NCBI RefSeq assembly: GCF_004376175.1
Contig: NZ_SNUY01000048.1
Coordinates: 998 to 32,487 of the forward strand
DNA: 31,490 bases
Source of the DNA: Halalkalibacterium halodurans
GTDB lineage: Bacteria > Bacillota > Bacilli > Bacillales > Bacillaceae_D
Reading direction: 5' to 3'
This document shows positions 1 to 8,430 of this stretch, piece by piece. Numbering within the stretch: position 1 is the first letter of the stretch; every line of letters starts with the position of its first letter. The translations under genes and the position numbers were made by a program. The notes under the pieces are model-generated. The model was not told the origin of the DNA, searched no databases, and saw nothing but the letters and a program-made list of their open reading frames with translations.

Positions 1-1412
1 CACTAGCGTTGCATAAAAGAAGATACTTAAAATCTGATTATTCTGTTATTTGTTCATTCTAGTAAATGAGCTAAAAAGACAACACCAAGGGAAAGGTGGC
101 ACTGTCCATTTGGTAAAATTATACAATTACACTTGGGCGACAACGACTTTTTCTCTTTTACGGAATCCCGCTAGGAACAATGTAGCTAAGCCAAACTCTT
201 GCCGGGCGCCATATGGTCCTCTTTAACCATCGAGTAATTTGTAAAAGTGTTTGCTTACTTTTGGTTTCGAGTTGGATAAGAACATTGAGACAATACGTGA
301 TGAGCGCTAAAAACAGTTGATTGTGCACCGCTTCTTCGCTATAACCAAAGAAAGTTTTGATTTTCACGTGTTGTTTTAGCCATTTGAAGAAGAGCTCGAT
401 GGCCCATCTTGAGCGGTATAGATCGCCAATTTCATCGGCAGTTAAGTCGAAACGGTTGGTAATCAAACGTAAAAGCTGTCCTTTCGAATCAACTGTTTCA
501 ATGATTCGAAACACATTGTCACATCTCTTTTGAGTGGTACCGATGTAAGCCATTTTGTTTGAAGTTACCGAGCTATCTTCTGGAAGATCAAAGGTTTCAA
601 TCTCCCGAATAACTGCATTTTTCTTCAGTCTAGACAGAAAAAAGACTCCATCATCTGTGTAGCGATCAAATCGTTCATAATCGACATATCCACGGTCAAA
701 CACGTACATGGCGTCTTTATCATCAACAAGAATTTCAAGTTGGTTACGATCGTGCTCGGCAGCATTTGTAATAATGGCTTTATCAGGATAGACCAGTTCC
801 TGATCCACGTAAACTAAACGGAGATGAAGCTTAACACCAGCTTTTGACTTCCGAAAATGAGCCCACTGACAACGAGTAAGGTTAAGTGGCATCGTACTAG
901 AATCGATGATTTTAATAGGGTTCATCCTTTTTCGTTTGTCTGTTTTCAGATGAATGAGACGCACAAGTTCAAGGAAAATGGTCGATAAAAACTCTGGATC
1001 CATCGATTTATTTTTACGAGATAACTGAGATACACTAATCGATTTAAATCCAAGTTCTTTCTGCAAACCTTCATCCGCTAGTGCAGTATTTAGATCATGA
1101 AGGCTTTCCATCTGATTCAAATGGGCATAGAGAAAAAGTTTTGTAAATGAAAGTGTTTTTAGCTTCTTCGTATACTTATCAAGATGATATTTTTCAACTT
1201 GTTCATTAAAAAGTTTCATATTTATGGGTGCAACCCATTTACCAAATGAAGAAAATCGTGTATTCTTGTCCATAGCTGAGATCCTTTACGTTGGATTTGG
1301 ACAGGAACCACCTGTACTTCCATTGTAAAGGATTTTTTTATGGCTAAAACGATTAATAATTGAAGATTCAAAGGATTTTAAATCTTCAATTATTATTAAT
1401 GCAACACTAGTG
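1..1412 (-). mobile_element. IS4-family insertion sequence, copy A (both terminal inverted repeats present)
   Basis: CACTAGCGTTGCA at 1-13 and TGCAACACTAGTG at 1400-1412 are inverted repeats (12/13 match). They bracket one DDE transposase ORF. The 13-bp terminus is the same as in the IS at 16915-18486. The left flank is outside the window, so no target-site duplication can be scored. Confidence 0.85.
158..1273 (-). CDS. IS4-family DDE transposase (371 aa)
   Basis: Full-length ORF with RBS AAAGGA upstream. Motifs: IIDSST (D), VFDRGY (D) and YRSRWAIELFFKWLKQ, which fits the Y-x2-R-x3-E-x6-K signature of IS4/IS5-type transposases. Clearly a paralogue of the 17092-18321 transposase. Confidence 0.9.
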   Translation of the reverse strand: MDKNTRFSSFGKWVAPINMKLFNEQVEKYHLDKYTKKLKTLSFTKLFLYAHLNQMESLHDLNTALADEGLQKELGFKSISVSQLSRKNKSMDPEFLSTIFLELVRLIHLKTDKRKRMNPIKIIDSSTMPLNLTRCQWAHFRKSKAGVKLHLRLVYVDQELVYPDKAIITNAAEHDRNQLEILVDDKDAMYVFDRGYVDYERFDRYTDDGVFFLSRLKKNAVIREIETFDLPEDSSVTSNKMAYIGTTQKRCDNVFRIIETVDSKGQLLRLITNRFDLTADEIGDLYRSRWAIELFFKWLKQHVKIKTFFGYSEEAVHNQLFLALITYCLNVLIQLETKSKQTLLQITRWLKRTIWRPARVWLSYIVPSGIP

Positions 1413-1550
1413 AAATACAATATAACATTTACAAAAGGGGCATCAACCCAAACAGTTGATACCGCTAAAAAGTTTGTATCCATGTATGGTAGGCAAGAAT
1501 TAAGAGATGTTGCTAAACTGCATTTTAAGACCACAGATAAAATTATTTGA
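1413..1550 (+). pseudogene. Possible 3' remnant (45 codons plus stop) of a gene truncated by IS copy A
   Basis: The frame is open from the IS boundary to TGA at 1548-1550 (KYNITFTKGASTQTVDTAKKFVSMYGRQELRDVAKLHFKTTDKII) in very AT-rich DNA, where stop codons are frequent. I do not recognise a family. Confidence 0.25.
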
Positions 1551-1673
1551 TTATTAAGGATTCATGGGGGTCCGTTTGTTCTTAAATACGATAGATTGCT
1601 AGACGTAATATTCTTTTATTATGGTATATTAGATTATAGTTTAAATGTTGGATTCTTCTGGGGGGAAGGGACT

Positions 1674-2765
1674 ATGAGTAAAAAAAATATTTTTAAAGGG
1701 TTGCATCTCAATAGAAATATGTTGCTTCAATGGATTAATGAGTTTTCAGAGTTAAAGTTTTCCTCGTTTACATGTTCAGAACTCGAGCTTGTTGGAGGAA
1801 ATCAATACAGATGTACCATAGTTGGTGATGGTAAAGAGCTATTGGTTGACTTTTACTTTAATAAGGATGATAAAACTACAATACAACCTAAGGTTGGTCA
1901 AAACCAAGATACCAGCATGGAATTGGCAACCTATATCCTAGGGAAACTTGAATATTCGTATTCCGATATTAAGAGTAGATCTTACTCAGTGCATCCATTA
2001 CCAGAAGATGAACTTGACTTGATAATTGAATACCTTGGAGAATTGAAAGGTGTTAAAAAAGTAAATGTATCTCGGAATGATACTAACAGATACTCCTTGT
2101 ATCAATTTAAGAGTGAAATTGGTGACAAAATAACACTGACATATTATGATAACAAGAGATTACAGATACAGGGGAAACCGTTCTTTTTATACCAAGAAGT
2201 CACCTGTTTGCTTTCTGCTTACTTTCCTTTTGAAGATGTTATAAAAAACCAGTCAGAGTTCTTTAGTGTCGAAATTAGTCCTACCGAAATTAGAGATGAA
2301 ATGAAGGAAATGTTACCTTCTGCATATAATTATATAAATGAAGAGCTTAAGAAGGTATTATCAGCCTCTTTGGCACTGCAAAAAATAGATATAGAATTAG
2401 AAGATTACTCATCCTTTGTGTTTCCTGCTTTAAAAACACTTGAAGGTTATCTTAAGCAAATTTTCGCTGAAAAAGGAATTTTAATAAAAAAAGGTGGGTT
2501 TGGTAAATATTTTGGGTATAATAGTATATTAAAGAAATATAAATATCTTCAGGAGCCCGAAATTGACAGTATTGTAACAATTGATGTGATTGAAACATTA
2601 TATAATTATGTACATAAACATCGTCATACAATATTTCATGCGGAAGCAATTGCCTCTGCGACTAGAATTATTGAAACCAAACAAAACGCTGAATTAATTA
2701 TTGAACAAGTAATATCTTTAATTGAAACTACCCATGAAAAATTGAACAATCCTGTATCGAGTTGA
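1674..2765 (+). CDS. rnlA: RnlA/LsoA-like type II toxin (RNase LS family, HEPN-type endoribonuclease), 363 aa from ATG 1674
   Basis: ORF 1596-2765. The likely start is ATG 1674, preceded by GGGGGGAAGGG. It resembles E. coli RnlA (357 aa, recalled from memory) along its length: LLVDFYFNKDDKTTIQ, RLQIQGKP, DYSSFVFPALKTLEGYLK, GGFGKYFG. The HEPN R-x4-H motif RHTIFH lies at 2622-2639. Confidence 0.8.
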   Translation: MSKKNIFKGLHLNRNMLLQWINEFSELKFSSFTCSELELVGGNQYRCTIVGDGKELLVDFYFNKDDKTTIQPKVGQNQDTSMELATYILGKLEYSYSDIKSRSYSVHPLPEDELDLIIEYLGELKGVKKVNVSRNDTNRYSLYQFKSEIGDKITLTYYDNKRLQIQGKPFFLYQEVTCLLSAYFPFEDVIKNQSEFFSVEISPTEIRDEMKEMLPSAYNYINEELKKVLSASLALQKIDIELEDYSSFVFPALKTLEGYLKQIFAEKGILIKKGGFGKYFGYNSILKKYKYLQEPEIDSIVTIDVIETLYNYVHKHRHTIFHAEAIASATRIIETKQNAELIIEQVISLIETTHEKLNNPVSS

Positions 2766-2794
2766 TTTAATCCTTTTTAGGGATAAAGGTGATA

Positions 2795-3154
2795 ATGATG
2801 AAGAATTATGAAATTTATAAACTTAATAATGAATACCCTTATATCGTATTTTCTACTTCCTACATAAATCCTTTAGAGGATATTGAAAAAATTGAAGAGG
2901 AAATGGAATCCGAATTCCGGGGGAAAGTGTTGTTTGATCTTCTCTTGTCTAATGGATTAACATCTAACAGGTTTTTAGAGGCTGAATTTGATGGTGGTAA
3001 GTTTCAATATACTTCAATTAAACCGGTAGGCAATCTAGATAATTTAATTAAAAAAGAGTCTATCACTTTTTACCGTGAAAACATTGACCTACTGCAAAAT
3101 AGTGTTTTACCTAACGCACATAAATTTCTAATCAAAAAAGGACTGTTGGTTTAG
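2795..3154 (+). CDS. rnlB: RnlB/LsoB-like antitoxin (119 aa from ATG 2795; the ORF track starts at GTG 2789)
   Basis: It lies 29 nt downstream of the toxin gene on the same strand, with RBS AAAGGTGA. Its size matches RnlB (123 aa). The core GKVLFDLLLSNGLTSNRF resembles the RnlB core as I recall it (G-E-I-LFDLL-x-A-NG-x3-NRF). The toxin-first order matches rnlAB. Confidence 0.7.
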   Translation: MMKNYEIYKLNNEYPYIVFSTSYINPLEDIEKIEEEMESEFRGKVLFDLLLSNGLTSNRFLEAEFDGGKFQYTSIKPVGNLDNLIKKESITFYRENIDLLQNSVLPNAHKFLIKKGLLV

Positions 3155-3331
3155 AACTCATAAAAACTAGCATAGGCGAGCTTTCTTTGTGTAAGGTATG
3201 TTCATAAACCGAGGTTATCTATGGTTTTGTGACACGGGGGATCAGACCCTCCTACTCAATTTGACCACATTCTGACCACGAAACATATATAATCGTATAT
3301 TATTTAATTTGCTTTTTCGTAAATGAAAAGT

Positions 3332-3361
3332 GGCTAAACCTTCACTTACCAAGGTTTAGCC
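3332..3361. terminator. Perfect 11-bp stem hairpin (GGCTAAACCTT / AAGGTTTAGCC, 8-nt loop), possible terminator of the rnlAB-like operon
   Basis: The inverted repeat is seen directly. On the plus strand the T-rich tract follows only after about 5 nt. On the minus strand ACTTTTCATTT follows the stem. The function is uncertain. Confidence 0.35.
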
Positions 3362-3387
3362 TATCCGTGTTTATTTATATTAACTGT

Positions 3388-3457
3388 CGTAATGAAAGAA
3401 CGTAAGAAATACGGTCTTAAAGCTGCTCGTCGTGCACCTCAGTTCTCAAAGCGTTAA
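3388..3457 (+). pseudogene. rpsI: Orphan 3' end of rpsI (ribosomal protein S9, last 21 codons plus stop)
   Basis: 3392-3457 translates to [21 protein letters not shown]. The B. subtilis S9 C-terminus is ...[26 protein letters not shown]. No S9 coding sequence lies upstream (3155-3387). Confidence 0.85.
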
Positions 3458-3473
3458 TATCAATGGTTTACAG

Positions 3474-3508
3474 AACCCTCTGCTTTCCAACCCGGCAGAG
3501 GGTTTTTT
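3474..3508 (+). terminator. Rho-independent terminator (native rpsI terminator)
   Basis: Stem CCCTCTGC (3476-3483) pairs with GCAGAGGG (3495-3502) and is followed by TTTTTT (3503-3508). It lies 17 nt after the rpsI stop codon. Confidence 0.85.
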
Positions 3509-3509
3509 A

Positions 3510-3911
3510 ATGTGGCTCTACAATAAAGGATTCTCGTTAAATGTTGGGGCATATGCGTCTGAAATTATCCGTGCCGCGATTTTGTCAATTCCAAAAGGGC
3601 AATGGGAGGCGGCGTATTCGATCGGTATGAGCTATCCACAGGCATTAAAGCATATCGTGTTGCCGCAAGCCTCTCGTGTCTCGATTCCGCCCTTGTCCAA
3701 TTCTTTTATTAGCCTTGTGAAAGATACGTCATTGGCGTCGTTGATCCTGGCGGCAGAAATGTTCCGGAGAGCCCAGGAAATCGCAGCAACGAACTATGAA
3801 TTTTTACTATTGTATGCGCAAGCGGGCGCCATTTACTGGATTATCTGCTTTGGTCTCTCGTTAGTACAGGGACGAATCGAAAACCGTTTAGATCGCTATG
3901 TCGCGAAATAA
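3510..3911 (+). pseudogene. Amino-acid ABC transporter permease (His/Glu/Gln/Arg family), 5'-truncated: only the C-terminal ~125 residues remain
   Basis: The sequence [45 protein letters not shown] carries the EAA loop and is followed by the last TM segments. The ~90-100 N-terminal residues typical of the family are absent. Family similarity begins at about 3530, right after the rpsI terminator. The 3432 ORF start runs through the rpsI remnant and terminator and is an artefact. Confidence 0.8.
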
Positions 3912-3926
3912 GAAGGAGCTCATAAA

Positions 3927-4670
3927 ATGATTGCCGTACAGAGCTTATATAAAAAATTTGGAGAAGTCGAAGTACTCAAAGGCCTTGACTTAACCGTTGA
4001 ACGTGGAAAAGTAGTTGTCGTCATTGGTCCTTCAGGATCTGGGAAAACGACCCTCCTGCGCTGTTTAAATATTTTAGAGACACCGACTTCAGGATCGGTC
4101 CAGATTGAAAATCAAACGTTGGATTTCAGCGGAAAAGTATCTTCCAAAGAGATCGCTAATTTTCGCAGATTGACAGGGATGGTGTTTCAAAGCTATAACC
4201 TTTTTCCCCATATGACGGTACTTCAAAACGTCATGGAAGGCCCGATGACCGTAAAGAAAGAGGCAAAAGCACAGGTTGAGGAGAAGTCGAAGCAGCTCCT
4301 TGCAAAGGTGGGTCTTGCCGATAAGGAAACTGTATACCCATTTCAACTGTCAGGGGGCCAGCAGCAACGAGTAGGAATCGCTCGGGCGCTCGCCATGGAG
4401 CCGAAAGTGATGCTGTTTGATGAGCCAACGTCTGCCCTTGACCCAGAGCTTGTTGGCGAGGTTTTACGAGTCATGAAGGAGTTGGCCGAAGAAGGAATGA
4501 CCATGATCGTTGTCACCCATGAAATGAGGTTTGCTCAAGAAGTGGCGGACGAAGTCATTTTTATGGACGACGGCAAAATTGTGGAGCGAGGCACCCCAGA
4601 CGACATCTTCAAGACACCAAAAGTAGAGCGGACGAAGCAGTTTCTTCGTCTCATTCATAGTAGAGTGTAA
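3927..4670 (+). CDS. Amino-acid ABC transporter ATP-binding protein (GlnQ/TcyC-like), 247 aa
   Basis: Walker [10 protein letters not shown], signature [15 protein letters not shown], Walker [13 protein letters not shown]-loop VTHEM. RBS is AAGGAG. Confidence 0.95.
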   Translation: MIAVQSLYKKFGEVEVLKGLDLTVERGKVVVVIGPSGSGKTTLLRCLNILETPTSGSVQIENQTLDFSGKVSSKEIANFRRLTGMVFQSYNLFPHMTVLQNVMEGPMTVKKEAKAQVEEKSKQLLAKVGLADKETVYPFQLSGGQQQRVGIARALAMEPKVMLFDEPTSALDPELVGEVLRVMKELAEEGMTMIVVTHEMRFAQEVADEVIFMDDGKIVERGTPDDIFKTPKVERTKQFLRLIHSRV

Positions 4671-4690
4671 CGAAATAAGACGAAGAAGGA

Positions 4691-4725
4691 CCCCTGCTGC
4701 AGAACGAGTGTCGCAGGGGTTTTTG
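4691..4725 (+). terminator. Rho-independent terminator after the ABC ATPase gene
   Basis: CCCCTGC (4691-4697) pairs with GCAGGGG (4713-4719) and is followed by TTTTT. Confidence 0.8.
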
Positions 4726-4787
4726 ATCGTTTTCATGATAAAATGAAACCACTGTTTATAATGACAGCATAGAGGAGTGGCGAACGA

Positions 4788-5027
4788 ATGAAGCAAATGA
4801 CGTTTAACCATATGAAAATCAATTACAATCCAGCAATGCATGTTTTTACGAATGATGATACTAAGGGAATCGTGTTTGTCTCGAAGGGCCTTGATGAAAT
4901 TCACGCTGTAGTAGAAGTGAGTGAAAATAATAATTTCAAAATACATCTAAGGTGGAATGTGAATTTTTTCGTAAGTGATAGTGAAATCACCGTTGATTTA
5001 AATTACTGTGAAGAAGAGGACGAATAA
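4788..5027 (+). CDS. Hypothetical protein, 79 aa
   Basis: ORF with RBS AGAGGAG 8-9 nt upstream. No recognisable motif. Confidence 0.5.
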   Translation: MKQMTFNHMKINYNPAMHVFTNDDTKGIVFVSKGLDEIHAVVEVSENNNFKIHLRWNVNFFVSDSEITVDLNYCEEEDE

Positions 5028-5165
5028 TTGTCAAACATGAGAGAGCCCGGCTGTAGATGAGTACAGTAGAGGGCTGATGCAGCGAAATTAAAGACGTAGG
5101 GCAGAGTCTACTAATACTAAACATACATTAGGAACTTTTTAAAGTACAGCCCAAGTGCCTTCCAA

Positions 5166-5321
5166 ATGGATTTATTTGAATCAATCGTTGGGATTTTATT
5201 TTGGCTACTAATCATTTATATGATTTCCAGAGTTTTTGTCCATTTTGATCATCAAAAGAAAGAAATGAAATCCCTTCATGAGAAGGTGGATCAGTTGCTT
5301 GAAGAGAGGAAAGATCAGTAA
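5166..5321 (+). CDS. Possible small membrane protein, 51 aa (MDLFESIVGILFWLLIIYMISRVF...)
   Basis: The ORF is below the track cutoff. It has one hydrophobic segment followed by a charged tail. No clear Shine-Dalgarno sequence. Confidence 0.25.
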   Translation: MDLFESIVGILFWLLIIYMISRVFVHFDHQKKEMKSLHEKVDQLLEERKDQ

Positions 5322-5589
5322 ATGATAGCGGCTTTCAGGTGTTTAGCATTATATCAATTAAGACTTCAATACACTGGTTGAATGTTTGGTATTGCTTCAT
5401 CAAGTTTGACGTTCATGTCGATTCTAGGTACTTTTCTTGTTAAACCGATAGAATCTCAACAGCACCCCAGCCATCGCTTCAAATGGTATGGATTCTGTGT
5501 TACCCATGGAAAAGACCAAGTGTTTGCAGGCTGATAGGAACCCGTGGTACCGTTAGAAGTGAATGGATAGGGGAAGGGGCGATACAGCC

Positions 5590-5769
5590 ATGAGTACAGC
5601 AAATTTGGAGGAGCGTCTTGCTACGTTAAAAGCGGATTATATCAAGTATCAGGGCGATTTGGAGAAGGTTGAATCCACTGGTGGCGATGGGGGGCCCATT
5701 GAGCGCCAACTTTATCAGCTTGAAGAAGAAATCCAGAAAATTCGCGAAGAAATCCGCAGCAACGGATAA
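5590..5769 (+). CDS. Small coiled-coil protein, 59 aa from ATG 5590 (MSTANLEERLATLKADYIKYQGDLEK...)
   Basis: ORF 5563-5769. The internal ATG at 5590 is preceded by GGGGAAGGGG. The sequence shows heptad-like charged repeats. Confidence 0.55.
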   Translation: MSTANLEERLATLKADYIKYQGDLEKVESTGGDGGPIERQLYQLEEEIQKIREEIRSNG

Positions 5770-5809
5770 GGGAAGGCATGGCCCTTAAAGTGAAAACTCC
5801 TTACGAACG

Positions 5810-5849
5810 GCACCTCATTGACAATTAAACCAATGGAGGTGCTTTTTTT
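5810..5849. terminator. Hairpin plus T-run between convergent genes
   Basis: GCACCTC (5810-5816) pairs with GAGGTGC (5836-5842) and is followed by TTTTTTT. The loop is large, about 19 nt. Confidence 0.5.
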
Positions 5850-5863
5850 GTTAGAAAAACATG

Positions 5864-6589
5864 CTACCCCTGCAATCTATACAATTCACGGGCCATCGCT
5901 TCAAGAATGTACACGACGGGCACTTGGGTCGTGATGTTTGCTTTCTCAAAAAACTCTTCCGAGACATAATACGAAAGATTGACATCTGCTACTTTTGCTA
6001 TTGTGGAAAATTTATTGTTGGTGATGCTAATGATTTTGCTACCTTCTTGTTTTAGCTGATTCACTTGGGTGATGGTAAAGTGGGTTTCCCCTGAGACAGA
6101 TAGGGCGATGGTGACGCTGTTCTGCCGGAGCTTGGAGTGAATCGGGTAAGAAAAGTCTTTAATGTACATCGATAATTTCCCTAAGGCGGAAAAATACCTT
6201 GCGCCATATTCAGCTAAGATTCCAGAACTGCCGATTCCGATGAAGATGACGTTTTCCGCATCTGCCACAAGGGCAGCGGCCTCGGAAATTCTTTCTTCCA
6301 AGTCCCCTTTAAACGCCCGTTCGAAAAATTCCGCAATCGCATGCTGGGAGCTTTTAATCGGAGCTTTCTTCTCTTTTTCTAGGTGCATTTTTAGCTTCAC
6401 TTTAAATTCGGAAAACCCGTCGCAATCCACTTTTCGGCAAAAACGCAAAATCGTCGCTGTCGATACGTGGGTTTCGTCAGCAAGCTCACGAATCCGCATG
6501 TACGCTACTTTTTCTGCGTGTTGGCAAATGTAGTTGTAGATCGACATTTCTAACTCATTAAAGGACGCAATGACCTCACTTGAAAACAT
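5864..6589 (-). CDS. RpiR/MurR-family transcriptional regulator (HTH plus SIS domain), 241 aa
   Basis: The N-terminal HTH is MRIRELADETHVSTATILRFCRKV. SIS motifs are IFIGIGSSG and LSVSGET. RBS is GAAGGGG. It is divergent from the glucosidase genes. Confidence 0.9.
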   Translation of the reverse strand: MFSSEVIASFNELEMSIYNYICQHAEKVAYMRIRELADETHVSTATILRFCRKVDCDGFSEFKVKLKMHLEKEKKAPIKSSQHAIAEFFERAFKGDLEERISEAAALVADAENVIFIGIGSSGILAEYGARYFSALGKLSMYIKDFSYPIHSKLRQNSVTIALSVSGETHFTITQVNQLKQEGSKIISITNNKFSTIAKVADVNLSYYVSEEFFEKANITTQVPVVYILEAMARELYRLQG

Positions 6590-6721
6590 CGTATACCCCT
6601 TCTCTGTCCATGATTTCCTTACTAGATGTTCTATACTGCTACATATCCCATCGTTGCATTGCTTTGCTACTATTTCACCGCTATTGTATCTTCCGTTTGA
6701 ATAACACTATTATAGCACTAA

Positions 6722-6748
6722 GTAACATACTGTTACAAAAATGTAACA
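6722..6748. promoter_or_regulatory. Cluster of GTAACA/TGTTAC half-sites (candidate operator) in the rpiR / GH1 divergent intergenic region
   Basis: The sequence is GTAACAtacTGTTACAaaaaTGTAACA. TGTTACA-N4-TGTAACA (6731-6748) is a perfect 7-bp inverted repeat. A third half-site lies at 6722-6727. Confidence 0.35.
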
Positions 6749-6946
6749 CGCGACTTTCGGTGTGATAACAAACCATATGGCCTCCGCTTGTTTACGATCA
6801 CCACCCTTCCATTTACGATGGTGGTAGAGGTTAACTAAACGTTTGTTTAAAAGAGGCGAAGGCCCGTATCGGTAAGCTCTTCGATTATCAAAAACGGATC
6901 AGTTTTTGGTCTTTTGTGAAACGGGAAGACAAGAAGATTTCAATAG

Positions 6947-8392
<1,446 letters not shown>

Positions 8393-8430
8393 CGGTATAA
8401 AAACATTTAAGCTCTCGGAGGTGTAAGGCA

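Noticed and set aside
1286-1534. 82-aa minus-strand ORF spanning the right end of IS copy A
   Set aside because: It runs across the IS inverted repeat, half inside and half outside the element. It has no RBS and a low-complexity composition. It is probably a chance ORF.
1596-1673. N-terminal 26-codon extension of the RnlA-like ORF (TTG start at 1596)
   Set aside because: There is no RBS. The hydrophobic, odd sequence does not fit the RnlA N-terminus. ATG 1674 has a strong purine-rich RBS and gives an RnlA-like length.
3432-3509. N-terminal part of ORF 3432-3911 ([26 protein letters not shown])
   Set aside because: It reads through the rpsI remnant in another frame and through the terminator hairpin. 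It is not coding.
4089-4946. Minus-strand ORFs 4089-4346, 4231-4428 and 4464-4946
   Set aside because: They are antisense to the well-supported ABC ATPase gene or to the 79-aa ORF. They have no RBS and a biased composition.
6162-6765. Plus-strand ORFs 6162-6533 and 6580-6765
   Set aside because: The first is antisense to the RpiR gene. The second lies in the promoter region and has no RBS.
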